Assembly (NCBI GenBank): GCA_026936335.1
Contig: JAPMXV010000013.1
Location: 1-64,000, forward strand
DNA: 64,000 bases
Direction: 5' to 3'
From: Mantamonas sphyraenae STR306
Lineage: Eukaryota > Protista > CRuMs
Shown here: in pieces, positions 12,758 through 23,115 of the stretch
How positions within the stretch are numbered: position 1 is the stretch's first letter
Layout: each line of letters starts with the position of its first letter
Position numbers and translations under genes: made by a program
Notes under the pieces: generated by a model
The model's database searches: none
Seen by the model: the letters and a program-made list of their open reading frames with translations, nothing else
What the model was told of the DNA's origin: nothing

Positions 12758-12847
12758 CCAACCAAAAAAAAAGGCCCGCGTTTGTTCCTTGTTTTGCGTC
12801 CGGAGGCGTCTCCTCCTCCCTCCCAGGCCATCCCATCGCTCCTCATC

Positions 12848-13615
12848 TCATCCCTCCACCTCATCTTTCTTGTACACAATGTACCAGTTCTGGTGGTCAA
12901 ACTCCTCACGCACCACTGTGCACCCGCCCATCGTCTCCACCAGCTTGCTCAACTCTCCTTGCACAAACAAGTGGTAGAACCTTTGCAGCACATACGACCC
13001 AGCCTCCTCGTCAAATGTCGCGTGTTCGTCCAGCTCCCTACGGTCCACCGTTCCCAGATACTTGTTCGGCAGCCGCCACGGCACCATCTGATCCTGCCCT
13101 GTGTACCCGCGCAGCTCACTCATGCTTTCAAAGCTCCAGCAGTAGATCAGCCCCACGCCTCCAGGACGCATGATCCGTGTCATCTCCCGCACAGCCGCCA
13201 GACGCCTCTCTTCCGTGCTCAGATGGTGTAGCACCGCGATGCAGATTGCCGCGTCAAACACCCCGCTCCTGTACGGCAGCGCCAGACAGTCTGCCGTCAG
13301 CACCTCACATCCACGTGTGCGACAGATCTGTGCCAGTCCCACGCTCCGCTCCGCACCCACCATGTGCACCTCGTTGCCCTTGTGCACCAGATACTTCCCG
13401 TTCCCGCAGCCGACGTCGCACACAAACGCCCCCTCCTCCACCTCCTTGTCCAAGAACGACGCCACCAACGGCCATTCTTGGTGCCTTGTGTGCGAAAAGT
13501 GAGGCGCAATCAGGTTGTACACTGTGTTCACGTGTTCGTCTTCCAGCTCCTGCGCCTTCCCCTCCTCCACTTCCACCACGTTGTCCTGGTTCTTCTTGTT
13601 GCTTGTCGATGTCAT
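12848..13615 (-). CDS. Trm9/ALKBH8-like tRNA methyltransferase (SAM-dependent)
   Basis: EHVNTVYNLIAPHFSHTR, DVGCGNGKY, IAVLHHLST, QDQMVPW, RFYHLFVQGEL. Confidence 0.9.
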   Translation of the reverse strand: MTSTSNKKNQDNVVEVEEGKAQELEDEHVNTVYNLIAPHFSHTRHQEWPLVASFLDKEVEEGAFVCDVGCGNGKYLVHKGNEVHMVGAERSVGLAQICRTRGCEVLTADCLALPYRSGVFDAAICIAVLHHLSTEERRLAAVREMTRIMRPGGVGLIYCWSFESMSELRGYTGQDQMVPWRLPNKYLGTVDRRELDEHATFDEEAGSYVLQRFYHLFVQGELSKLVETMGGCTVVREEFDHQNWYIVYKKDEVEG

Positions 13616-13749
13616 CCTCTGCCCTCTCTTACCTGGTGCTGGTACAGTATGTACGTCTCCTACCCACCTAATTTCAGTGGACCACAAAGCGCAATCTCCA
13701 TTCCATCGCTTCACACGTACTTCACGTGTCCGCAGACACGTCCCCACGC

Positions 13750-15336
13750 TTACTCGGCAGCTTCTTCCTCTCCAGCCTCCTCCTTCTGCGAAGGGTGGTT
13801 TCCCAGAAGGCTCTCGCTCTGCTTGATCTCCCTGAGCAGCGCGTCGTCCGCGTTCAAACTCAAAAACAGGTCTTCGTTCAAGCTGCCGTCATCGTTGACC
13901 ATGTTCACACACATGCGGTCGATGCTCACCACAGAAAGCACCGTTTGGATGTACGCATCGATCAGGTCGTCGATGCCAATGCCCAGCTTGTTAAAGTCCT
14001 TGCGGTCCATCAGCAACAGGCGGTTCGTGTCTGTCGCCCACTTTCCGTTTTCGTCCTTGTACGACAGGTTGGTGCCAAGCATGTCCCACGACGAGTAACC
14101 CGGATTGTCCTCCAGGTCCTTGATCAGCGGCTTGGCCGCACGTCGCGCGTACACCGCAATCGGCCGGAAGCCCTCCTGGGTGCTCGCCACCATCATGCGC
14201 AGGTCTGCCACGTAGCTCAGGTTCTTCTTGTTCGGGATCGTACCCACGTGGAAGAACTTGCCCTTGGTCTGCTCGCTGCTCCAGCTGTGGTTGCCCACCA
14301 GGCTCTGCACAATGTACTTGTCGTAGTCAAAGTTCGTGCCCATAAACTCCTCCAGGTCCGCCTCGCTGGTGATCGTAAACACTCCCTGGCCTGCGTTCGA
14401 GTACGGCACCTTCACCACCGCGTGCCCGCCCATGCGTGCCACGTACAGCGGGATCTCGTTTTTGCGCACCTCGCGGATCGTCTCCGGCATGCGGATGGCC
14501 AGACCTGTTCCCTGCAGCTCACCGTTCAAAAAGTCGGCGCTCTTGTCCGACATCATCTTGTTGCGGCCGCCCGCAAGGCACGTCAGCAGCGGGTTCATCA
14601 CAATCGTCTTGGTCTGGATCGGGATGCGGTTCCACGGCTTCTGCGTCACATAGCGGAAGCACAGGCGAATGCTGTGCCACTCTCCATCCTTGTCACGCAC
14701 CTCCAGCACGCGGTCCTTCGTCCAGCGCACAGGCGGGTTCTTGTCCGTTTCGTAAAACTCGGCCAGGTACACCTTTTCGTCCGTCATGGTCGCGATTGTT
14801 GCCGCGTATCCGCTGGCCTCCATCGGGTTCTTGTCGTAGATGACTGCCAGTCCACCCAGCGACAGGTCGCTCTTGTCCAGCTGTGCCTTGTACGCGCTCT
14901 CCATCAGCGAGCCGTACCCTCCCTCCTCGTTTGTCTCCAGCAGCAGCGGCATCGACTTTTGGCCCGACGGGCACGAGTTGGTTTCGATCAGCACCGTGTT
15001 GCGCGTGCCCTTCGAGTCCGTCACGTTGAACAGGTCCGAGCCTGCCCAGTTGAAAAACTTGCAGTGCGTATCCAGCAGCGTGCGCAGCGTGTCCACGTCC
15101 ACCTGCGGGTTCAGGTGGCTGAACCGGTTGATGATGCGCTCGTTGCCCAGGTTGAAGAACGACGACACCATTGGGTGCACCTGTGCGTTCAGAGTGCGTG
15201 CGTAAAAGTGGTTCTCAGCCTCAAACGAGTCCGGTTCCACCACCGCCGCAAACCGTGTCTTTGTCGTGCCAGACGACGACGACGACGATGCGCCTGCGCC
15301 TGTATCCGTAGAGGGGGTCTTGTCCGTAGTGCTCAT
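13750..15336 (-). CDS. Circularly permuted ATP-grasp-fold ligase of unknown specificity
   Basis: VVKVPYSNAGQGVF, YIVQSLV and DLRMMV motifs; the GxD...ExN motif (GSDLF...LIETNS) lies N-terminal to them; intronless. Confidence 0.75.
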   Translation of the reverse strand: MSTTDKTPSTDTGAGASSSSSSGTTKTRFAAVVEPDSFEAENHFYARTLNAQVHPMVSSFFNLGNERIINRFSHLNPQVDVDTLRTLLDTHCKFFNWAGSDLFNVTDSKGTRNTVLIETNSCPSGQKSMPLLLETNEEGGYGSLMESAYKAQLDKSDLSLGGLAVIYDKNPMEASGYAATIATMTDEKVYLAEFYETDKNPPVRWTKDRVLEVRDKDGEWHSIRLCFRYVTQKPWNRIPIQTKTIVMNPLLTCLAGGRNKMMSDKSADFLNGELQGTGLAIRMPETIREVRKNEIPLYVARMGGHAVVKVPYSNAGQGVFTITSEADLEEFMGTNFDYDKYIVQSLVGNHSWSSEQTKGKFFHVGTIPNKKNLSYVADLRMMVASTQEGFRPIAVYARRAAKPLIKDLEDNPGYSSWDMLGTNLSYKDENGKWATDTNRLLLMDRKDFNKLGIGIDDLIDAYIQTVLSVVSIDRMCVNMVNDDGSLNEDLFLSLNADDALLREIKQSESLLGNHPSQKEEAGEEEAAE

Positions 15337-15695
15337 GTTGTTGTTCCTGCGTTGCTCTCTGTTGCGCAAGTTGTTGTGCACAGATGGGCGCACGTCCCGC
15401 ACCCCCTTTTTGTACCCGGCCGGAAACGTAGACGTCTCCTTTCGAACTTCACGTCCTTGGCCCCCCATTTCTTCCACAGATCGCCCATCCTCACGCATAC
15501 GCCACATTGCACGCATGCCAACCACCCCCACGCATACTTGCTGTGCACAAACCCAACCCCATGTGGCCGTGTAGATGCGCGTGCCCTCCGTGAACCGTGC
15601 GGCCGCCGGAAACCAAAAGGCGGACCGACGCGTTGAAAAGCAAAGGCGCCCAGCCTTCGCGCCCGTCGCCACCCCCAATTCCCGAAAACGTCCCC

Positions 15696-16943
15696 ATGTC
15701 GTCCACAGACACTGAACAGACGCTCGTCAAGGTCGGCTCCATTGCCTCCGCCGACCTCCTTAAGGATGTAGATATCTCTGAGCACGATCATCTCGTGCAC
15801 GCAAACGTGCCCGACCACGACGAGGCGGTCGTTGCCGAAGTCACGGTCGCTGTCCCGCTCTACGAACACCCGGAAGAGACCTCCGTCACTGCCACCTCGG
15901 CCGTCGAATTCGCCGAGGAGACATATCGCATGGTCAAGAAACTCAACATCGACGACCTCGAGCGCGGTGCCGTCCACAGGCTCTACGTCAAGCTCGTCGA
16001 GGACTCCATCTCCCGTCCAATCTCCGTTCCCGTTCTCGTCGCACGCGGTGCATCCGACGGGCCCGTGTTCGGCCTCACAGCAGCCCTCCACGGCAACGAA
16101 GTCGCTGGTATCCCCGTCATCCTCAACGTTATCAACTCCCTCGACATGTCCCTCCTCAAGGGCACCGTCGTCGCAGTCCTCATTGCAAACGTTCCGGGCT
16201 ACCTCCAGAACAAGCGCGAGTACGACGGCCAGGACCTCAACCGCATCATGCCCGGCAAGCCAAAGGGCTCTGCCACACAGCTCTGGTGCCACAACCTCCT
16301 CACAAAAATCATCAGCAAAATGGACTACCTCCTCGATCTCCACACCGCCTCTCTCGGACGCGTCAACTCCCTCTACGTCCGTGCCGACATGCGCAACGAC
16401 CTCATCAAGGAAATGGCTTTGTTGCTAAGCCCGCAAATCATCGTGCACAACTCTGGCATCGACGGCTCCCTGCGCAGCGCCTGCGCAAACATGGGCATCC
16501 CCTGTGTCGTCGTCGAGATCGGCAACCCGTCCCAGCTCAACCAGGAGTACATCCAGCACACCAGCGCTGGTATTGTGCGCATTATGCAACGCCTCAACAT
16601 GGTCTCTGAGGAGGATGACGCCCTCAGTGACCTCGAGGACGACGAAGGCCAGCCGTACGTCCCTGTCGTCTGCACTTCTTCCTTCTGGATGTTCACCACC
16701 CGTGGCGGCATCCTCGAAGTCTACCCGTCTCTTGGTGAGTGGGTCACCAAAGGCCACGTGATTGCACGTGTGTTTTCCATCTTTGGCGAGGTCATGCACG
16801 AGTACGAGGCCCCCAAAGACGGCATTGTTGTCGGCAAGAGCATCAACCCGTCCTGTGAGCAGGGTGGTCGCATCCTCCATCTCGGCATCATCGAGGGCTC
16901 TGGCAGCGACTTTGCAGACAAAACCGACGACGGCCACCAGTAG
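15696..16943 (+). CDS. Succinylglutamate desuccinylase/aspartoacylase (M14 zinc hydrolase) family protein
   Basis: LHGNE, DLNRIMPG, LDLHTA and VVEIG motifs, with a C-terminal biotinyl/lipoyl-like region (VTKGHVIA...APKDGIV). Confidence 0.9.
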   Translation: MSSTDTEQTLVKVGSIASADLLKDVDISEHDHLVHANVPDHDEAVVAEVTVAVPLYEHPEETSVTATSAVEFAEETYRMVKKLNIDDLERGAVHRLYVKLVEDSISRPISVPVLVARGASDGPVFGLTAALHGNEVAGIPVILNVINSLDMSLLKGTVVAVLIANVPGYLQNKREYDGQDLNRIMPGKPKGSATQLWCHNLLTKIISKMDYLLDLHTASLGRVNSLYVRADMRNDLIKEMALLLSPQIIVHNSGIDGSLRSACANMGIPCVVVEIGNPSQLNQEYIQHTSAGIVRIMQRLNMVSEEDDALSDLEDDEGQPYVPVVCTSSFWMFTTRGGILEVYPSLGEWVTKGHVIARVFSIFGEVMHEYEAPKDGIVVGKSINPSCEQGGRILHLGIIEGSGSDFADKTDDGHQ

Positions 16944-17083
16944 CAGCGCTCTGCTCTCCCACACCCACACACTCTCTCTCCCTCTATCCCTCCCGTACCT
17001 CCGAATGTACACACCACAACACAGTACTCACTCCTTTCCTTCCAACTGCCTGCATTTTCATCATTGCTGCATACAACACGCAC

Positions 17084-18569
17084 TCACCCAGACGCACTCG
17101 ACGTCGCCGAGCCCGCAGACCTACTGCTGGACGACAGATCCACAGTGCCCGTCGTCTGCAACTGCTTCTTTGATGACTGATCCGTGTCCAGCGCCGCTTC
17201 ATACCGTGCCACAAGCTGCCGCCACTGCTTGCTCTCTTGCTCCCGCTGGCTCCGCTCTGCAGCCAGCTGTTTCTTCAGATGCAGGTTCTCCTCAATTGCG
17301 TTCCACACAAGCTGGTCCTTCAGATGCAGCAGACGCACAAGCTCGTCGTGCGAACGGATAATCTCGATGCGCTCCCTGTTCTCCTGCTCAAAGTCGTCCG
17401 CCACCACATCCACCACCGCCTTGAACGGCTTTTCGATGATCCGTGCACACGAAGCCTGGATCTCTTCGTACCTCGCCAAGAACGACGCCATCGACGGCGT
17501 CTCCTCCTCCTGCAGTTGCGCTTCAAACTCGTCAATTTGCTTCACATCTGCCTTCAGCTCCTCCAGGTCCCGGTGCAGCACGCTCAGCTTTGCATTCTCT
17601 GTAAACGCCAGACGTGCAATCATAGCCTCCATGTCCGCTCGTGTTTCTGTGTGCCCGTGATTGTGTCAGCGGTTTTTCGTGTCAACGGTGAGCCCGCGCA
17701 ATCCGCAAAAAAATCCGTCAACTCCCATCCTCCTCCTCCCGCAACTCACCCGACTCGATCCACTTGCGATACATCTTGACTTCCTGCATGCGCCGCTCCA
17801 CCATGGCAATTTGCCGCAGCAGCCGGTCCTTCTTGGCCAGCACCGCTCCGCTGACGGCCCCTTGCAGCAACGCCGACGAATGACCACTTGCCCTTTTGCT
17901 GCCGCTGCTTGTTGTCTCCTTTGCCACGGGCTTCAACTCTCCGTTTGCATCCACCACAAACATCTGGCCCTCTTCCGCCACATCTGTGCCCACTGTGCTT
18001 GTGCTCCCGCGCCGCTTGTGCCGCTTTGACGAGCTTCGCCGCTTCTTGCTCCCGCTTTTGTCCGTTGATGACCCGTGGCGCGACGACTTGCTCCCCCCAC
18101 GCACCTCCATCTCGTCCTCTGTCGTCTCCACTTCCTCGTCGTCCGTCGCCTCGTCCGATGAGTGGTGCGATGGCCGTTGCGTGACCACTCGTACGTTTGA
18201 ACTCGATGCCGACGCCACACGCTTCTTGCGGCTGCCCGATTTCGACGACGACGACGACGATTTGCTGGAACTCTTTTTCACCCGCGACCGTCCAGACGAG
18301 CTGTGCTCGCCCTCGCGCACTCGCGACGAAGATTTGCTTCCTACCACTTCTGCCTCACTGCTCATCCTCCCTTTGCTCTCTTCTTTCTGTCCTCTCTGCG
18401 CTCCGTGTTGTTTCCACCTCCTTTGGATGGTTGCCGCTGCCTGGTTTCGCTTCCTTTCTTCTCGTTTACGCCGCCGAGTCGCCTGCTCTTTCAGTTGGGT
18501 GGATCGCGTGCGTGCCAAGTGTCCTCTGTACGAGTGTTGGATTCTTCGCGCCGCTGTGTCCGCGTCCAT
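17084..18569 (-). CDS. IQ-motif coiled-coil protein; intron 17647-17749
   Basis: IQHSYRGHLAR and IQRRWK motifs; in-frame GTGAGT..AG splice (WIES|ETRADM); coiled-coil C-terminus. Confidence 0.75.
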
Positions 18570-18695
18570 GCAGTGGTTGGTTCCGACCCCGCCCGCCTTA
18601 CCAATCCATCTCCACCCTCCCTCCCGCCTCTCACAGCCTCTCTCCGTATCCTCTCCTTACCAAACCCCTCTCCCTCCTCTTCCACAAACGCCACC

Positions 18696-21329
18696 ATGGA
18701 CGTCCGCCAGGCACTTCTCCTCGCTGCCGAAACAGGCGACTCACAGTCTCTCACATCCCTCTTGCAACGAGGTGATGCAGACCCAAACACCTCCGACGAC
18801 TATGATATCACCCTTCTCATGCTGGCTGTTGAAAATGGCCACACTCAAGCAGCCAGCGTTTTGCTCGAATTCGGCGCAAACGTCGACGCTGCCACAGACA
18901 ACGGCTGGGCTCCTCTCATCATCGCTGCCTCCCGAGGAGACGATACTACTCTCAAACTCCTTCTTGACCACGGAGCACACGCAGACGCCGCCACAGACGC
19001 AGGCAAGACCACACTCACCTGGGCCGCGGAAGCCGGCCACACCCACGTCGTCAACATCCTTCTAGACAACGCCTGCGCCGATCCAAACGCCCAATCCTCT
19101 CTCGGTGACACGCCCCTATCATCTGCAGCCTGCAACGGCCACGCAGACACTGTCCAGACCCTCCTTGAACATGGCGCCCTTCCAAACGGCGCCCCGGGCG
19201 CCACAAGCACCCCCCTACACCATGCAGCCACCATGGGGTATGCACGCATTGCGTCTCTCCTCATCCAGCATGGTGCAGACGTCGAAGCCTTCGACAGTTC
19301 CAACAGGACGCCCTTGATTCACGCTGCTCGACATTCACACCCAGAACTCATCGCCATCCTCATCGACCAGGGTCATGCCAACGTCGCTGTCGCAGTAGGC
19401 TCCTCTCAAGGCACAGCCCTTACTGTCGCCGCAGAAGAGGGCGACCAGGCCACCGTCGAGGCCCTCTTGCAACGCGGCGCAGATCCAAACATCGCCGCCA
19501 AGGAGGGATGGACACCCCTCCTTATTGCCGCAGACTATGGACACGCGCAGGTCGTTTACTCTCTCATCGACGCTGGCGCCGACTGCAATGCCGTGCTGCC
19601 CCACGGAGGCGACACCCCTCTCCTCCTCGCCGCCACAAACAACCACATTGACGCTGCCGTCGCCCTCCTCGACCATGGAAATGCCGACGTAAACGTGTGC
19701 GACTCTGATGACACCACTCCCCTCGGCAGGGCCACCATCAACCAGCATGCGCAGATGGTCGAGATCCTCCTCCAGCACGGCGCACGCATGGAGAACGCCT
19801 GTGCAGACCAATCTGCTCTCCTGATCGCCTCGGCCTTTGGTCTCCACCAGATTGTCCTTCTTCTCCTTCGCTCCGGTGCCGATGTCTCCTCCACAAACAC
19901 CCGAGACGAGACAGCACTCCTCCTCGCCGCTCGCACTTCCTCTGAAGACACCGTCAAGGCCCTCCTGCACGCCAACGCAGACATCGACCACTGCACTGGC
20001 TATGGCGAGACCGCTCTCGTTTCAGCAATCGATTTCGGAGTACGCAACGTTGCACGCTTGCTTCTGGACAAGGGCGCCAATCCAAACATCGCTCTCGATG
20101 ATGGCAACACGGCTCTCCACATGGCCACCGATCGTGGCTACGCAGACCTTGTCACTGCTTTGCTGGACGCTGGAGCAGACATCCACGCCCAATTCAACTC
20201 TGCAACACCCTTGGTCATCGCCGCATCACGAGGCTACGCTCACATCGGCCACGCCCTTCTCCTTCACGGCGCCGATGCCAACGCATGCGACGCAAACGGA
20301 AACACTGTGGCCAAACTCGCCAAGAGCAAAATGGACTTTCGCGAGCTTTTCTCTTCTTGGTGCATCTCTCACGCCACAATCACATGCATCCTGCCCCGTC
20401 CCGCACTCTCCACCTCGTACATCAAGCCCACTGCCCTCTCAAATCCGTCCACCCACGCCCGCGTATCAAACACCCCTCCAGGCGCCACCCGTGCCTTCCG
20501 AACGCGCTCTCGCAACACCGCATACGCCTCGCGGTTCTGTGCAAGCCGCACCGCGCTCTCCTCATACGCACGCATGTCCTTCGCCACAAGGTCGTCCAGC
20601 CCCAGGCTGCTCAGCACAGACCCGGCCACTCGTGTCGCCATCCTGTCACCCCACACCGTCAGCAGCGGCACTCCTGCCCACAGCACATCCGTTGCTGTCC
20701 CATGTGCGTTGTACAAAGGCGTGTCCAGAAACAGGTGTGCGTATGCCTTCACCTGCAGGTGGATCTTTGCCGGCATCGGATCTGTAAACAGCAGACGCGA
20801 CGCGTCCAACCCCTGTCGTGAGGCCTCTCGCTTCAGATGCGCCTCTGCTGCGTCTCCGCTCATCCGTTGCAACCACAGAATGGAGTTGGGCACCCGCTTC
20901 AGGATCGACACCCACACCGCAAACGTCTTCGGGTCAATCTTGTACAGCTGGTTGAAAGAGCAGTACACAAATGTGCCCGACTCCACACTCGGCAGGCCAT
21001 ACACCTCAGGTGCCTCTCTTTCAGCAAGCGACGCATCAAACTGCTCCAGTGGCCGTGCCTGCGCATCGTCGTTTGCGAAAAAGCACCCGGGCATATATGC
21101 CACATGCTCGCTCACCTGCTTCGTATGCTCAGGGGGGACCACATGCCGGTCCGTGATCATGTACCCTACGTACTGCGCGCCCAGCGAGCCCATAAACCCT
21201 TGGAACCCCGCTTGGATCGGCGCCGGCTCGAGCGCAAAGATCTCGTTTCTCTCGCCTTCCGTGTACCCGGCCGTGTTCACCAGCACCTGCACCTTGTCTG
21301 CGTGTATCACTGCAGCCGCTTGGCCGTGA
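18696..21329 (+). CDS. Ankyrin-repeat protein (repeats end ~20330; true 3' end uncertain because the ORF runs antisense into the OGT gene)
   Basis: About 16 ankyrin repeats from the ATG at 18696; no in-frame stop until 21327-21329. Confidence 0.8.
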   Translation: MDVRQALLLAAETGDSQSLTSLLQRGDADPNTSDDYDITLLMLAVENGHTQAASVLLEFGANVDAATDNGWAPLIIAASRGDDTTLKLLLDHGAHADAATDAGKTTLTWAAEAGHTHVVNILLDNACADPNAQSSLGDTPLSSAACNGHADTVQTLLEHGALPNGAPGATSTPLHHAATMGYARIASLLIQHGADVEAFDSSNRTPLIHAARHSHPELIAILIDQGHANVAVAVGSSQGTALTVAAEEGDQATVEALLQRGADPNIAAKEGWTPLLIAADYGHAQVVYSLIDAGADCNAVLPHGGDTPLLLAATNNHIDAAVALLDHGNADVNVCDSDDTTPLGRATINQHAQMVEILLQHGARMENACADQSALLIASAFGLHQIVLLLLRSGADVSSTNTRDETALLLAARTSSEDTVKALLHANADIDHCTGYGETALVSAIDFGVRNVARLLLDKGANPNIALDDGNTALHMATDRGYADLVTALLDAGADIHAQFNSATPLVIAASRGYAHIGHALLLHGADANACDANGNTVAKLAKSKMDFRELFSSWCISHATITCILPRPALSTSYIKPTALSNPSTHARVSNTPPGATRAFRTRSRNTAYASRFCASRTALSSYARMSFATRSSSPRLLSTDPATRVAILSPHTVSSGTPAHSTSVAVPCALYKGVSRNRCAYAFTCRWIFAGIGSVNSRRDASNPCREASRFRCASAASPLIRCNHRMELGTRFRIDTHTANVFGSILYSWLKEQYTNVPDSTLGRPYTSGASLSASDASNCSSGRACASSFAKKHPGIYATCSLTCFVCSGGTTCRSVIMYPTYCAPSEPINPWNPAWIGAGSSAKISFLSPSVYPAVFTSTCTLSACITAAAWP

Positions 21330-23071
21330 CCCATCGCAGACAGATCTCGAAACACGTCGCACGCATCCTCAGCCCCGCGTCGCCACACGCTCCCGTCACC
21401 TGCGTTCAGCGCGTAGCAGTGCACCTTGACGCGTGACCGGTCGTGCCATTTGTACGCACTCTGCATTGCCTTTGTAACAGGATGGTCCTTAAAGTCCGCC
21501 GAAATGTAGCCCATGTTTACACGCTTGGTTGTTCCCAGACACGACTTGCTCTCCAGCTTCTTCAGGCCGAGTTCCCGCACACGCAGCGACGCACGCTCTG
21601 CATGCGCCTTGGCAATGTCCAACAGCCGCCCAGGCGACAGTGGGTACGCCAGCGCCATGAACGGATGCACACACTCGTGTTGGTTCGCTGCCAGCGGTCC
21701 TGCAAGTTCCTTGGCCAAAATCTCGTCCAGCTCCGCAAACACCTCCTCCCGCTTGCTCCAATCGCCCGCAAATGTTTTCGTGTACACCAGATTGCACAGG
21801 GCATAGTCTGCACTCGGGTCCAATGTACGTGCCTTGGTGTACAGTGCCACCGCCTCATCGATCCGCTTTTCTTCCTTGGCCATGTCCGCAAGGTGCGAGT
21901 AGATGATGCCCACCTGGCTGTCCAGCGATTGTGCTTTTGCAAACATCTTGCGTGCCGTCTCGTAGTCCCCATCGCTCTTGTACGCTCGCCCCAGATTGAT
22001 CCACCCCGTGACAAAACTCGGATCCGCCTCCACAGACCGCTCGTACAGCTTCTTGGCCATCTTTTGCTGTTCGGGGTCTCCATACGACCCATGCGCATTT
22101 GCTTTGCTGTTCAAAAGGCCCACATGGTTCGGGTTTAGCTTTAGGCCTCGTTCAAAAAGCTCCAAAGCCGCCTGCAGCTGGCCACGTTGCGACAGCAAAT
22201 TGCCCAATGCATGCAGTCCCTCCACAAACGTCGGTTTGATCCGTATGGATTCGCGCAACAGTCCCTCCGCCTTGTCTGTGTTTCCCTCGTCCGATTCCAG
22301 CGTCGCCAGGTTGAACAGCGCCTCTGCAGACCCAGGTGCCACCTTGACAGCTCGCTCCAACAGAGGCCGTGCACGTTTGCGCCCGCGTGCGCTCCCATCC
22401 ACTTCTGTGTACGTCGTCCCTGCGTTGACAAGCAGCGCCACATCGTCTGGGTTGTGCTTCAGAGCCGCTTCAAACACCTTTAGGCTCTCGTGTGGACGTC
22501 CTTGCCGCTTCAGGATCAGTCCAATGTTGTTACTGCACTGTGCATGGTCGGGTTTCACCTTGACACACAACCGGAAGCGCTCCAGAGCGTCCACCGCCTG
22601 GCCCAGCTGCTGCATCACCACTCCCAGTCGAAAGTTTACGTCTGGCGACTGTGGCATGATCCGCGACATCTGCATGTACAGTTGCAGTGCGTCTTTCCAC
22701 AGTCCCATCCCCTCCTTTGCCATGGCCAGATTGAAATGTGCCAGAGGCTGCGTCCCGTCCAGCACCAGCGCCGCCTCAAAGCAAGCCGCCGCCTCACGCG
22801 GATCGCCCCGGTTGCCGTGAAACACCCCTCGGTTCATCAGCGACGTGTATGACGGCTCCGGCGTCGGGTCGTCGCACTCCCCTCGTCGAGCCTGCGTCTC
22901 CATCGGCTTCACCTCAAAGCGCAGCGGCTCGGGAGTCGCTTGCTTCGGCTCCGCTCGCTTTCGCACCGGTTTGCCTCGCGTACTCGGTTTGGCCTCACTC
23001 ACAGCACAGTGCAAAAGCACACATACCAGCATCACAAGCGCCACCTCGGCTCGTCTGCCCGCCTTCATCAC
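20369..23071 (-). CDS. TPR + GT41 O-GlcNAc transferase-like protein with an N-terminal signal-peptide-like sequence
   Basis: TPR array; GYISADFKDHPV, GYTEGERNEIFALEPAPIQ, FNQLYKIDP, FLDTPLYNAHGTATDVLWAGVP. Confidence 0.92.
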   Translation of the reverse strand: MMKAGRRAEVALVMLVCVLLHCAVSEAKPSTRGKPVRKRAEPKQATPEPLRFEVKPMETQARRGECDDPTPEPSYTSLMNRGVFHGNRGDPREAAACFEAALVLDGTQPLAHFNLAMAKEGMGLWKDALQLYMQMSRIMPQSPDVNFRLGVVMQQLGQAVDALERFRLCVKVKPDHAQCSNNIGLILKRQGRPHESLKVFEAALKHNPDDVALLVNAGTTYTEVDGSARGRKRARPLLERAVKVAPGSAEALFNLATLESDEGNTDKAEGLLRESIRIKPTFVEGLHALGNLLSQRGQLQAALELFERGLKLNPNHVGLLNSKANAHGSYGDPEQQKMAKKLYERSVEADPSFVTGWINLGRAYKSDGDYETARKMFAKAQSLDSQVGIIYSHLADMAKEEKRIDEAVALYTKARTLDPSADYALCNLVYTKTFAGDWSKREEVFAELDEILAKELAGPLAANQHECVHPFMALAYPLSPGRLLDIAKAHAERASLRVRELGLKKLESKSCLGTTKRVNMGYISADFKDHPVTKAMQSAYKWHDRSRVKVHCYALNAGDGSVWRRGAEDACDVFRDLSAMGHGQAAAVIHADKVQVLVNTAGYTEGERNEIFALEPAPIQAGFQGFMGSLGAQYVGYMITDRHVVPPEHTKQVSEHVAYMPGCFFANDDAQARPLEQFDASLAEREAPEVYGLPSVESGTFVYCSFNQLYKIDPKTFAVWVSILKRVPNSILWLQRMSGDAAEAHLKREASRQGLDASRLLFTDPMPAKIHLQVKAYAHLFLDTPLYNAHGTATDVLWAGVPLLTVWGDRMATRVAGSVLSSLGLDDLVAKDMRAYEESAVRLAQNREAYAVLRERVRKARVAPGGVFDTRAWVDGFERAVGLMYEVESAGRGRMHVIVA

Positions 23072-23115
23072 ACAACATGCAGTGGCACACGCCGCGCACC
23101 CCGGCCCATCCTCAC

